From a virus (lineage: Duplodnaviria > Caudoviricetes): a stretch of 53,830 nucleotides of DNA. Shown one piece after another: positions 39,255-48,887 of this stretch; position 1 is the first letter of the stretch, and every line of letters begins with the position of its first letter. A program made the translations under genes and the position numbers. The notes beneath the pieces are model-generated. The model did no database searches and was not told where the DNA came from. It worked only from the letters and a program-made list of their open reading frames with translations. Location of the stretch: the IMG/VR virus record IMGVR_UViG_3300029265_000685, positions 1 to 53,830 of that record; one strand, given 5' to 3'.

Positions 39255-40574
39255 ATGAAGAATACATTTTATATAAGTTGCCCAATAGACACATATTCAG
39301 GATATGGGGCGCGAGCAAGAGATTTTGTAAAAGCTATAATTAAGAGTGATAAATATGATGTAAAAATCATACCTCAAAGATGGGGAAGTACTCCATATGG
39401 TTTTATCAAAGACCATAATAAAGATTGGGGATTTTTAACACCCCACCTACTCCATCTTAAAGATGGTAAATTACCAAACCAACCAGATGTGTGGTGTCAG
39501 GTTACAATCCCTAACGAATTTCAAAAAATTGGGAAGTATAATATAGGATTAACTGCCGGAATTGAAACAACAGCCTGTGCTGCTCCATGGATCGAGGGAT
39601 GTAATAGGATGGATTTAATCCTAACATCATCAAATCACTCAAAAGGTGTATTTGAAAATACAAGTTATGTAGCCCGAGATAAAAATGGTAATGAGTTTCC
39701 ACTTAAATTAGAAACCCCTTGTGAGGTACTTATTGAGGGAGCTGATTTAGATGTTTATAAACCACTTAAAACACCCTTGACCAATGTTTCTTTATTTAAA
39801 AGCATTGACTCAATTCCTGAAAATTTTGCTTATTTATATGTTGGGCATTGGATGACTGGTCAAATCGGTGAAGATAGAAAAAATGTTGGTTTATTGATAA
39901 AAGCATTTTACGAATTATTTAAAAATAAAAAAGGTAAAAAACCAGCATTGATTTTAAAAACAAGTGGAGGTGGTGCTAGTTATATGGATAGGAATGAAAT
40001 TCAAAAACGCATAAATTCAATCAGAGAAACTGTTCCGTCTGGAGATTTACCTAATGTTTACTTACTCCACGGTGAATTTTCTAATGAGGAGATAAATGAA
40101 TTATATAACCATCCTAAAGTTAAAGCTATGGTTAGTTTAACTAAGGGTGAGGGATTTGGTCGCCCACTATTAGAATTTAGTTTAACAAACAAACCTATCA
40201 TAACAACAGGTTGGTCAGGTCAAGTTGATTTCTTAAAACCGGCATTTACGGGTTTATTAGGGGGTAAGTTAACCAAAGTCCACCCATCAGTTCAACAAAA
40301 AGATATGTTGATTGAGGGTTCTGAGTGGTTTAGTGTTGACCATAACCATATAGGCCACTTTCTTACAGATGTATTTAAAAATTATAAAGATTGGAAGGTA
40401 AAAGGTAAACGCCAAGGACACTATAGTAGAACAAATTTCAGTTTTGAAAAAATGGAAAAACAATTAGACGACCTATTAATAAAATACATTCCTGTAATAT
40501 CAACCAAAGTAGAATTAAAACTACCGCTTTTAAGTGGTAAAAAAATGAATTTACCAAATCTTAAAAAAATATAA
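39255..40574 (+). CDS. GT-B (GT4-like) glycosyltransferase
   Basis: SGYG, DRKNV and the EGFGRPLLE Ex7E motif. Confidence 0.9.
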   Translation: MKNTFYISCPIDTYSGYGARARDFVKAIIKSDKYDVKIIPQRWGSTPYGFIKDHNKDWGFLTPHLLHLKDGKLPNQPDVWCQVTIPNEFQKIGKYNIGLTAGIETTACAAPWIEGCNRMDLILTSSNHSKGVFENTSYVARDKNGNEFPLKLETPCEVLIEGADLDVYKPLKTPLTNVSLFKSIDSIPENFAYLYVGHWMTGQIGEDRKNVGLLIKAFYELFKNKKGKKPALILKTSGGGASYMDRNEIQKRINSIRETVPSGDLPNVYLLHGEFSNEEINELYNHPKVKAMVSLTKGEGFGRPLLEFSLTNKPIITTGWSGQVDFLKPAFTGLLGGKLTKVHPSVQQKDMLIEGSEWFSVDHNHIGHFLTDVFKNYKDWKVKGKRQGHYSRTNFSFEKMEKQLDDLLIKYIPVISTKVELKLPLLSGKKMNLPNLKKI

Positions 40575-41044
40575 TGGAAAAAATAATAAATTGTGATAGA
40601 TGTGATGGTGATTGTTGCTATGTCCAAGAAGTAAATGATGAAATTAAAAACTACCAATGTATGGGGTGTGGTTTCATTACTAACTCGCTAATGAAGAAAG
40701 ATTCCCAATTTTTAGAAGAACAAATGGAAATCCTCCCAAACCTATATAAAGAATTAATGGGTGAAGATAAGGAGGGTAAAATTTGGATGCCTACAACAAT
40801 TAACTTACCTTCACAGGGTATGATATTTGCTAATGGTACTAGTATCGATAACTGGAATTGGGGGGCTGTAAAATCAATCCCCGTAAAAGAAGAAGAAAAA
40901 GAAAAATATCCAATTCCCGGTAAAGATGGGGAGTTTTATAAAAAACGAATGGATATGGATACTATAAAAGAATTTAATGAGGGGGATTTTGTTGATGCTC
41001 TAGAATACATTGGAATGTTTAATAATGGTGAAGATGAAGATTAG
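40574..41044 (+). CDS. Zinc-ribbon hypothetical protein
   Basis: CDRC...CMGCG. Confidence 0.6.
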   Translation: MEKIINCDRCDGDCCYVQEVNDEIKNYQCMGCGFITNSLMKKDSQFLEEQMEILPNLYKELMGEDKEGKIWMPTTINLPSQGMIFANGTSIDNWNWGAVKSIPVKEEEKEKYPIPGKDGEFYKKRMDMDTIKEFNEGDFVDALEYIGMFNNGEDED

Positions 41045-41657
41045 TTACGCTATAACAGTATGTAATGAGTTTGTAGAAATACAAAAACTCATACCATTTC
41101 TTTTAAAAAACAAAAGACATGAGGATGAAATCGTAGTTCTATACGATTCAAAAAATGGTTCTAAATCAGTAGAAACATTCCTAAGAGCAAAATCAATTAA
41201 TGGTGAATTTGCATGGCATGGTAAAGAATTCAATAACCATTTTGCAGATTGGAAAAATTATTTAACATCATTATGTGGTGGGGATTATATATTTCAAATT
41301 GATGCCGATGAAATTCCTAACAAAATATTAATTCACCATCTACCTGAAGTATTAGAATTAAATCCAGATACTGAAGTTTATCGGGTGCCTAGAGTTAATA
41401 CCGTGAGTGGATTGGAGAAAGAACACATTGATAAGTGGGGATGGATAGTAAGCGATGATAGAAAGGTAAATTGGCCAGATCCACAGTGGAGGATTTATAA
41501 AAATGATCCTAAAATCAGATGGGAAAATAAAGTCCATGAAGTATTAGAGGGTTATACTACTAAAGCAGATTTACCTTATCTTGAAGAGTGGGCTTTATAT
41601 CACCCAAAAACAATAGAAAGACAAGTCAAACAAAATAATTATTATAACACACTATAA
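41034..41657 (+). CDS. GT2 glycosyltransferase (start revised to ATG 41034)
   Basis: ISYAITVCNE, FADWKN, QIDADE DxD, VHE. Confidence 0.88.
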   Translation: MKISYAITVCNEFVEIQKLIPFLLKNKRHEDEIVVLYDSKNGSKSVETFLRAKSINGEFAWHGKEFNNHFADWKNYLTSLCGGDYIFQIDADEIPNKILIHHLPEVLELNPDTEVYRVPRVNTVSGLEKEHIDKWGWIVSDDRKVNWPDPQWRIYKNDPKIRWENKVHEVLEGYTTKADLPYLEEWALYHPKTIERQVKQNNYYNTL

Positions 41658-42667
41658 TGGAAAATAAAAAAACAATATTAATCACAGGTGTAGCAGGTTT
41701 ACTAGGTAGTAGATTGGCAGATTGGATTATTACTAATAAGCCAGAATATAAAGTAGTAGGTATTGATGATTTAAGTGGAGGGTTTATAGAAAATATTCAC
41801 CCCAAAGTAATTTTCCACCAATTAAATCTAGTAGATGGTGCGATTGATAACGTATTTAATGCGCATAAAATCGATTATGTTTACCATTTCGCAGCCTATG
41901 CTGCAGAAGGTTTATCACCGTTTATACGCGCGTATAACTACGATAATAATTTAAAATCAACAGCCCGTGTAGTTAATGAGTGTATAAAGCATGATATTAA
42001 GCGATTAGTATTTACATCAACTTTAGCAGTATATGGACATGGTGAAGGTGGTATATTTCATGAAGATCAACAACCATCACCTATAGATCCATATGGAGTA
42101 GCAAAATATGCTTGTGAAATGGATATTAAAATAGCTGGTGAACAACATGGTTTGGATTATTGTATAATCAGACCTCATAATGTGTATGGTGTTAAACAAA
42201 ATATTTGGGATAAATATCGGAATGTATTAGGTATTTGGATGTTCCAACATCTAAATAATGAACCTATGACAATTTTTGGAGATGGTGAACAAACAAGATC
42301 ATTCAGCTTTATTGATGACTCAATTGAACCCCTATTTAATGCATCAGTAAGACCTGAAGCTAGTAAAGAAACAATTAATTTGGGGGGTATTGAAGAAATA
42401 TCTATAAATGAAGTTAGTAAGGTTTTATGTAAAGTCATAGGTGAAGATGTTGACATGGTGTATTTAGAAGGTAGACATGAGGTAAAACATTCAATTCCTA
42501 CATATCAAAAATCAATTGATATTTTAGGATTTGAGTATAAAACATCGATGCATGAAGGTTTAACCCAAATGTGGGAGTGGGCTAAAACCCAACCTATGAG
42601 AGATAGATTTGTTTGGGATAAGTATGAATTAGATAAGGGGATATATAGCTTTTGGAAAACAAATTAA
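41657..42667 (+). CDS. NAD-dependent nucleotide-sugar epimerase/dehydratase
   Basis: GVAGLLG, TST, YGVAK (YxxxK), NVYG, GDGEQTRSF. Confidence 0.92.
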   Translation: MENKKTILITGVAGLLGSRLADWIITNKPEYKVVGIDDLSGGFIENIHPKVIFHQLNLVDGAIDNVFNAHKIDYVYHFAAYAAEGLSPFIRAYNYDNNLKSTARVVNECIKHDIKRLVFTSTLAVYGHGEGGIFHEDQQPSPIDPYGVAKYACEMDIKIAGEQHGLDYCIIRPHNVYGVKQNIWDKYRNVLGIWMFQHLNNEPMTIFGDGEQTRSFSFIDDSIEPLFNASVRPEASKETINLGGIEEISINEVSKVLCKVIGEDVDMVYLEGRHEVKHSIPTYQKSIDILGFEYKTSMHEGLTQMWEWAKTQPMRDRFVWDKYELDKGIYSFWKTN

Positions 42668-42686
42668 AAAATAAAAAGAAAAAATT

Positions 42687-43310
42687 ATGAAAAATGTTTA
42701 TGATGTTACTAATGAGTTTGAAAGAAAGTTAGGAGAATATACAGGTGCGCCTTACGTAGTTTGTGTTGATAATGCTAGTAATGCTTTATTTCTAAGTTTA
42801 ATGTACGAAAAGGTAAGTGGGTTAGAGATTGAATTACCTAATAGAACATACCCCTCAGTACCTTGTGAGGTAATTCATGCTGGTGCTAAAATTAAATGGA
42901 GGAAAGTTAAGGGTAAAACAATTAAGGGTGCCTACAATTTAGGTGGTACTAAAGTTTGGGATGCCGCATTATCATTTACAACTGATATGTACAAATCTAA
43001 CACCCATATGTGTTTATCATTTACAGGTCCTTACAAACATTTTAAACTATCAAAAGGTGGAGCTATACTAACTGATGATCACGACGCATATATGTGGTTT
43101 AAACGTGCTAGATACAGTGGTAGACGTGAATGTTCGTACCATGATGACAACTTTGATATGTTAGGGTGGAACTTTTATATGATGCCCGAAATAGCAACTA
43201 GAGGATTATTACTTATGGGTCAGTTTTGGAATGGGGAACAACCCATTGTGAATGAAGATAAAGAAATGCCATACCCAGATTTATCAAAATACCCAATTTT
43301 TAACCAATAG
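42687..43310 (+). CDS. Short DegT/DnrJ/EryC1/StrS-like PLP aminotransferase
   Basis: FERKLGEY, DAA, LSF...YK (PLP lysine), GGAILT, GWNFYM. Only 207 aa. Confidence 0.8.
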   Translation: MKNVYDVTNEFERKLGEYTGAPYVVCVDNASNALFLSLMYEKVSGLEIELPNRTYPSVPCEVIHAGAKIKWRKVKGKTIKGAYNLGGTKVWDAALSFTTDMYKSNTHMCLSFTGPYKHFKLSKGGAILTDDHDAYMWFKRARYSGRRECSYHDDNFDMLGWNFYMMPEIATRGLLLMGQFWNGEQPIVNEDKEMPYPDLSKYPIFNQ

Positions 43311-43311
43311 T

Positions 43312-44019
43312 ATGGAGAAGAAAGTAGCAATAATGCAACCATACTTCCTACCTTATATAGGATATTTTCACTTAATAAAATCAGTAGATGAGTTTGTTAT
43401 TTATGATAATATCCAATATACTAAGAAAGGATGGATTAATAGAAATAGAATTTTAGTAAATGGTAACGATAAAATTTTTACTTTACCTATTAAAAAAGAC
43501 TCTGATTATTTAGATGTGAAGTGCAGGTTTTTAGCTGATAGTTGGGAACAAGATAGAAAAAAATTATTAAATATGATTAAATCATCTTATTCAAAATCAC
43601 CATACTTTGATAAGATTTTCCCAATTATCCAAGATTGTATGCTCACCCCAGAAACCAATCTATTTAAGTTTATACTTGATAGTTTAACTTTATTAAATTC
43701 ATATTTAGATATTAATACTAAGATAACAACATCATCAACATTGGATATTGACCATTCATTAAAATCACAATCCAAAGTTATAGCTATATGTAAAAATCTT
43801 AATGCTAGTACTTATGTAAATGCCATAGGTGGTCAAGAATTATACAGTGTTGAAGATTTCAAAAATAAAGGGTTAGATTTGAAATTTATTAAATCTCCAC
43901 CTTTAAATTATAAACAACATAACAGTGAATTTGTTCCTTGGCTTTCGATATTGGATGTTTTAATGTTCAATAAAAGACAGGATATAATTGACTATATAAA
44001 TAAATATACTTTAGTATGA
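43312..44019 (+). CDS. WbqC-family protein (putative glycyltransferase); start revised to ATG 43312
   Basis: AIMQPYFLPYIGYF, QYTKKGWINRNRI, YVNAIGG, LSILDVLMF. Confidence 0.9.
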   Translation: MEKKVAIMQPYFLPYIGYFHLIKSVDEFVIYDNIQYTKKGWINRNRILVNGNDKIFTLPIKKDSDYLDVKCRFLADSWEQDRKKLLNMIKSSYSKSPYFDKIFPIIQDCMLTPETNLFKFILDSLTLLNSYLDINTKITTSSTLDIDHSLKSQSKVIAICKNLNASTYVNAIGGQELYSVEDFKNKGLDLKFIKSPPLNYKQHNSEFVPWLSILDVLMFNKRQDIIDYINKYTLV

Positions 44020-44981
44020 GATGGGAAAAATTAGGACAAATATTTAACCCAACTACTTGGGTTGATGGGATTAAGAGAGATTGGATGAAAACCCATTCGC
44101 AGTCCGTTAGTACTCTAATAAAAGATGACTGTGTGAGGGTTTATTTCTCATGTAGACCTGATAGAGAATTGGATGGTAATATGACTTCAAATACCACATG
44201 GTTAGAATTAGATATAAACGACTTAACCAAAGTACTAAAAGTATCAGATAGTCCTGTAATGCCTTTAGGTGATTTAGGATCATTTGATGAACATTCAATA
44301 TACCCTTCTTCAGTAATTGAGGAAGATGGTAAAGTTAATTTATACTATGCAGGATGGTATAGATGTAAATCTGTACCTTTCAACTGTGCTATTGGCTTAG
44401 CTGTAAGTGAAAACGGGGGAGATACATTCGAGAGATATGGTAAGGGTCCAATATTAGGACCTTCTGCTAATGAACCTTTTGTAATTAGTGGTCCTAAAAT
44501 AAGAAAATTTGGAAATCAATACTATTTATATTATCTTGCGGGGAGTGAATGGATTAACCATAAGGGTAAACCTGAAATAATATATAAGATTAGAATGGCC
44601 AAATCACATGATGGGATTAATTGGGTAAAACTAGACACCAACATTATTGAGGATGTTTTAAGTAATAATGAATGTCAAGCAGGACCTGATGTATTTTTCA
44701 AAGATGGGATGTACCATATGTACTTTGTATATAGGGAAGGGTTTGAATTTAGAACACAAGAAGGTAGGGGGTATAAGATAGGATATGCTATTTCTGAAGA
44801 TGGTGTTGAATGGGAACGAAGAGATAAAGAATCTGGAATTGATTACTCAACCTCAGGATGGGATAGTGAAATGCAACACTACCCCCACGTATTTGAATTA
44901 AAAGGTAACCATTACATGCTCTATAACGGAAATGAATTTGGTAAATATGGTTTTGGCCTCGCAATATTAAAAGATGAATAA
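44016..44981 (+). CDS. Five-bladed beta-propeller glycoside hydrolase-like protein
   Basis: WEKLG, repeated S.DG..W Asp-box-like turns, GWDSEM..YP, YNGNEFGKYGFG. Confidence 0.7.
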   Translation: MRWEKLGQIFNPTTWVDGIKRDWMKTHSQSVSTLIKDDCVRVYFSCRPDRELDGNMTSNTTWLELDINDLTKVLKVSDSPVMPLGDLGSFDEHSIYPSSVIEEDGKVNLYYAGWYRCKSVPFNCAIGLAVSENGGDTFERYGKGPILGPSANEPFVISGPKIRKFGNQYYLYYLAGSEWINHKGKPEIIYKIRMAKSHDGINWVKLDTNIIEDVLSNNECQAGPDVFFKDGMYHMYFVYREGFEFRTQEGRGYKIGYAISEDGVEWERRDKESGIDYSTSGWDSEMQHYPHVFELKGNHYMLYNGNEFGKYGFGLAILKDE

Positions 44982-46119
44982 ATCAAATATACTACAACTA
45001 AGAAACCATTTAGAGATTTGTAAAGATAGTTTTACACCTAGCCTAGATACTTATGTTAGTTTAACGGAATATGCTGAAAAAATCCATTCAAAATCAATAC
45101 TTTTTGAAAGATTTAGGGGAGATGAATTAATTGGATTGATAGCCGCCTATAGTAATGATAATAAATTGGGGTATATTACTAATGTAAGTGTAGAACCTAA
45201 ATATCAAGGTAAGGGTATGTCTTTATCTTTAATAAAAGAATGTATTGATTATTTTTCTAACATAGGTTATAAATCTATTAACTTGGAAGTATATAAGGAA
45301 AATGGGAGAGCCATTACATTTTATGAAAAACATAAATTTAAAGTAGTAGATGTAAAATTAAAAACAATAATGATGAGTAGAGATTTAAATAGAGATTATA
45401 ATAAAGAATTAGCAGATACTAAAGATCACAAATATGCCTATAACTTTGATTTTGACATCATGCATCCATATATGATAAAATCATTCCAACCCCACTTTGT
45501 AGAAGGTAATTGTTTGGAGTTGGGTAGTTTTAAGGGTGATTTCACTAAAAGACTTCTCCCCCATTTTAAAGATATCACTTGTGTAGAAGCATCTTCTGTA
45601 GCAATTTCCGAATCAAAGCAAAAACTAGGTGGAAATATTAACTGGGTGGAAGGTTTATTTAATGATGTTGTATTAGACAGAAAATACGATAATATTATAT
45701 TAACTCATGTACTAGAACACATAGATAACCCAATAGAATTATTAAATAAAATAAACAACGAATGGTTATCTAAAAATGGTAAGCTATTTGTAGTTGTGCC
45801 AAACGCCAATGCTCCTTCAAGGCAAATAGCAGTTAAAATGGGATTAATTGATACAAACACTTCAATTACTCCCTCTGAGAAAGAACATGGACATAATATT
45901 ACCTATACCCTAGATGTTTTAGAGAACCACGCTAAAAAAGCTGGATTAAATATTATAACTAGATCTGGTATATTCTTTAAAGCATTAGCAAACTTTCAAT
46001 GGGATAAATTACTCCAAACAGATATAATATCCAAAGAATATCTAGATGGGTGTTTTGACTTAGGCCAACAATATCCAGATTTATGTTCTAGTATAATGTT
46101 AATATGTAAAAAAAAATAA
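44974..46119 (+). CDS. GNAT acetyltransferase fused to class I SAM-dependent methyltransferase
   Basis: GNAT part: VEPKYQGKG, N..AITFYEKHKF. MTase part: LELGSFKG, VEAS, HVLEH, VVPNA. Confidence 0.85.
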   Translation: MNKSNILQLRNHLEICKDSFTPSLDTYVSLTEYAEKIHSKSILFERFRGDELIGLIAAYSNDNKLGYITNVSVEPKYQGKGMSLSLIKECIDYFSNIGYKSINLEVYKENGRAITFYEKHKFKVVDVKLKTIMMSRDLNRDYNKELADTKDHKYAYNFDFDIMHPYMIKSFQPHFVEGNCLELGSFKGDFTKRLLPHFKDITCVEASSVAISESKQKLGGNINWVEGLFNDVVLDRKYDNIILTHVLEHIDNPIELLNKINNEWLSKNGKLFVVVPNANAPSRQIAVKMGLIDTNTSITPSEKEHGHNITYTLDVLENHAKKAGLNIITRSGIFFKALANFQWDKLLQTDIISKEYLDGCFDLGQQYPDLCSSIMLICKKK

Positions 46120-46120
46120 T

Positions 46121-46807
46121 ATGAAAATCCACATTTATTATAGACATGCTTCTAACTGTACAGTTAAAAACCGACCTAACTGGTTTAGTTTTGAGTCTTG
46201 TTGGAAGAATTTACTTAAAACTATTGAAGGTAAAGAAAATATTAACTTAACTTTAGCTTTAGATGGGGATATTGATGATGATTTCACTAAAGATTATCAA
46301 TCTAAGTTTGAACTATTTACAACTAATCATGGTTCAAGCCTTCTTTCATATCGGGATTTATTAAAATATGTGAAGAACATAGAAATGGATGGTGATGATC
46401 TTATTTATTTTATTGAGAATGACTACTTACACTTAGAGGGTTGGGTAGAAAAGTTAGTGGATTTATTTTCATGTTATGAATCGTTAAATTATGTTTCACT
46501 ATATGACCATAATGATAAGTATATGCCTATCTACAATGATTTATCATCTAAAATATTAACATCAAATACACACCATTGGAGAACAACTCCAAGTACTTGT
46601 GGAACATTTGCAATCTCCCGAAATTTATTTGACCAAGATTATGATATTTGGGAAAGTGCAGTAGGAGATCACAATACCTTTTTGTATCTTAATGACGAAA
46701 GACAAAGATATGTCTTGACACCTATACCGGGTTTAGCAACTCATTGTATGGAAGGATTAATGTCACCTATGGTTAATTGGGAAAAAATAAATAATAAAAT
46801 TAAGTAA
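46121..46807 (+). CDS. GT-A fold glycosyltransferase-like protein
   Basis: IYFIENDYLH (DxD-like), YVSLYDH, PGLATH. Confidence 0.65.
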   Translation: MKIHIYYRHASNCTVKNRPNWFSFESCWKNLLKTIEGKENINLTLALDGDIDDDFTKDYQSKFELFTTNHGSSLLSYRDLLKYVKNIEMDGDDLIYFIENDYLHLEGWVEKLVDLFSCYESLNYVSLYDHNDKYMPIYNDLSSKILTSNTHHWRTTPSTCGTFAISRNLFDQDYDIWESAVGDHNTFLYLNDERQRYVLTPIPGLATHCMEGLMSPMVNWEKINNKIK

Positions 46808-46808
46808 T

Positions 46809-47606
46809 ATGATATCAATAATAATACCAACTTATAGAAATCCTGATTTCTTAGACATATGCCTAAAATCAGCAATTGAACAACAATCTAATAAAAATGA
46901 AATCATAGTTTCCGTAGATGGTTTTATAGAAGAAAGCCAACTAATACTAGATAGGTACAAAGATGATATTACTGTATTAGATTTAGGTGAAAATCAAGGT
47001 ATGCAACAGGCTCTTAATTTGGCTGTGATGAATGCAACTAATGAAATAGTCTTTATAGTTAATGATGATAATATATTTTGTAAAGATTATGATTTAACTA
47101 TACTAGATACTTTAAAAGACAGAGAAAAAACCGTATTAACCTTAAATCAAATAGAACCAACAGGCCCAGGAATATTTAACTTCCCAGTTAAAGACTTAGG
47201 TGAATCACCTAAAGAATTCAAATATGAAGAATTTATAGATTATGAATGTTCTATTAGTAAAGATGAATTAACCGTGGATGGAGGTATTTTTCCATTTGCC
47301 ATGTATAAAAAATATTATATGGCAGTTGGTGGGTTTGATACAATGTACCAATCACCATTCATTTGCGATTGGGATTTTTTCCTGAAATTAGACTTAATTG
47401 GATTAGGATTTGTTAGAACCCATAAATCCCACCTATACCACTTTGGAAGCTCTGCTACTAAAAACGGTAAAGAAGGTGAAATGTTTAAAGCAACAGAATC
47501 ACCAGCAGCTAATATGTTTATGTACAAGTGGGGTATACCACCTAGTCTATTTGAAAATAATTCCCATCGACCAAAAGGAAAAAGTGTTAGGGGAATAAAA
47601 TTTTAA
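46809..47606 (+). CDS. GT2 glycosyltransferase
   Basis: ISIIIPTY, VNDD, VGGFD, DWDF, YHFGS. Confidence 0.9.
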   Translation: MISIIIPTYRNPDFLDICLKSAIEQQSNKNEIIVSVDGFIEESQLILDRYKDDITVLDLGENQGMQQALNLAVMNATNEIVFIVNDDNIFCKDYDLTILDTLKDREKTVLTLNQIEPTGPGIFNFPVKDLGESPKEFKYEEFIDYECSISKDELTVDGGIFPFAMYKKYYMAVGGFDTMYQSPFICDWDFFLKLDLIGLGFVRTHKSHLYHFGSSATKNGKEGEMFKATESPAANMFMYKWGIPPSLFENNSHRPKGKSVRGIKF

Positions 47607-47616
47607 ATATTTATAA
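47606..47616 (+). promoter_or_regulatory. Putative second-class promoter motif AATATTTATAA
   Basis: Identical to the copies at 2248 and 50468. Confidence 0.4.
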
Positions 47617-47639
47617 TGGAACATTAAAACCCAAACCAT

Positions 47640-47963
47640 ATGGAGAAAGAAACAAAATTTAAAACAAAAAGAGATGTTACACATATAGAAATTGTTTGGG
47701 ATGATAGGCAGGATTTAATTGAATTAAGTACTACTGATTTATTTTCTAATTTTATTCTTGAGAAATCATATGACGCCATTACAAAAGCAATTGATGAAGG
47801 TTTAGATAAGGTAGAATTATTTAATGTATTTAATCTCTCCATAATAATAGAATTAGAAAAAACCAATTTCTCCTCAGTACTTGAGAGAATAAAAGATTTG
47901 TACATAAGTCAAGAGAATTATGAAGAATGTATTAAAATCAACAATTTAATAGATAAAATATAA
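47640..47963 (+). CDS. Hypothetical protein with C-terminal UVR-like helix hairpin
   Basis: ENYEECIKINNLI resembles the UvrB/UvrC motif. Confidence 0.55.
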   Translation: MEKETKFKTKRDVTHIEIVWDDRQDLIELSTTDLFSNFILEKSYDAITKAIDEGLDKVELFNVFNLSIIIELEKTNFSSVLERIKDLYISQENYEECIKINNLIDKI

Positions 47964-47966
47964 ATT

Positions 47967-48128
47967 ATGAATAAGTTCAAATTTTTCTCAATAAGTGATA
48001 AAGCAAAAGAAGCAATAAAGATTTTCCCATCAGAAAATTTAAAAGAAGCATACATAATAGCCTCAGGTTTTAAAAAATTAACAATTGGAAAGTTTAGAAA
48101 ATTATTTAAAATAGAAAAAATCAAATAA
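47967..48128 (+). CDS. 53-aa basic hypothetical protein (not in ORF track)
   Basis: Hand translation MNKFKFFSISDKAKEAIKIFPSENLKEAYIIASGFKKLTIGKFRKLFKIEKIK; fills the gap exactly. Confidence 0.55.
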   Translation: MNKFKFFSISDKAKEAIKIFPSENLKEAYIIASGFKKLTIGKFRKLFKIEKIK

Positions 48129-48129
48129 C

Positions 48130-48537
48130 ATGGAAGATACTACAGGCAGTGATGGTGATATTAAAAAACTATTTACTAGTATCTTAGGTTCAGATGTAAC
48201 TATAAAGGATAATATTGATTCCACAGAAGAAAGTGTATTTGTAACTTTTATTAAGAAGATAGAAGAATCACGAATGTTGGAGGAGAAGATAGTTGATGAT
48301 TGGGGTATTGATTTAACACGAATAATAGATCCTCTTTGGTATGTTATCGAACATACCTTTAATTTTTTATATGGTAAGGATGCAACAGATTTAATCATGT
48401 GGTATATTTACGATAGATTTGACCCTGATGGTAAAGTAATTGATTTGGAAGATGAAGATGGGAAGAAATTTAACTTAAAAACACCTAACGATCTTTGGAG
48501 CTACATAAAATACAGATTTCCACCAAAATCCCAATAA
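48130..48537 (+). CDS. Hypothetical protein
   Basis: 135 aa ORF. Confidence 0.6.
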   Translation: MEDTTGSDGDIKKLFTSILGSDVTIKDNIDSTEESVFVTFIKKIEESRMLEEKIVDDWGIDLTRIIDPLWYVIEHTFNFLYGKDATDLIMWYIYDRFDPDGKVIDLEDEDGKKFNLKTPNDLWSYIKYRFPPKSQ

Positions 48538-48541
48538 TTAT

Positions 48542-48570
48542 TTGACTACCCGTAAATTTTTTTGTACATT
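48542..48570 (+). promoter_or_regulatory. Variant promoter TTGA-N15-TTTGTACATT
   Basis: Same 15-nt spacing, two mismatches in the downstream box. Confidence 0.6.
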
Positions 48571-48598
48571 ACCCATAAGTGATAGATAATTATAAATT

Positions 48599-48886
48599 AT
48601 GAATATGAAATGTGTTAAGTGTAAAAATATAATAAACCCACTACGAATGAAAGCATTGCCTAATACTAAGGTATGTGTAGATTGTTCAACAGCTGGGGCT
48701 TATAAAGCAGTCACTACTACTGAAGGTAGTGGAGACCATACTTGGAATGATATCCAAATATTAACTCCCGACCAATTTGATAGCTACCAACAAGCTGAAG
48801 ATAAGATAAGGGAAATGAAAAATCTCCCAAAATCTAGTGGGTTAGAAGAAGAGATAGAAACCCCATTAAAAAATAAGAAGAAATAA
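48599..48886 (+). CDS. DksA/TraR-type C4 zinc-finger protein
   Basis: CVKC...INPLRMKALPNTKVCVDC. Confidence 0.75.
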   Translation: MNMKCVKCKNIINPLRMKALPNTKVCVDCSTAGAYKAVTTTEGSGDHTWNDIQILTPDQFDSYQQAEDKIREMKNLPKSSGLEEEIETPLKNKKK

Positions 48887-48887
48887 A

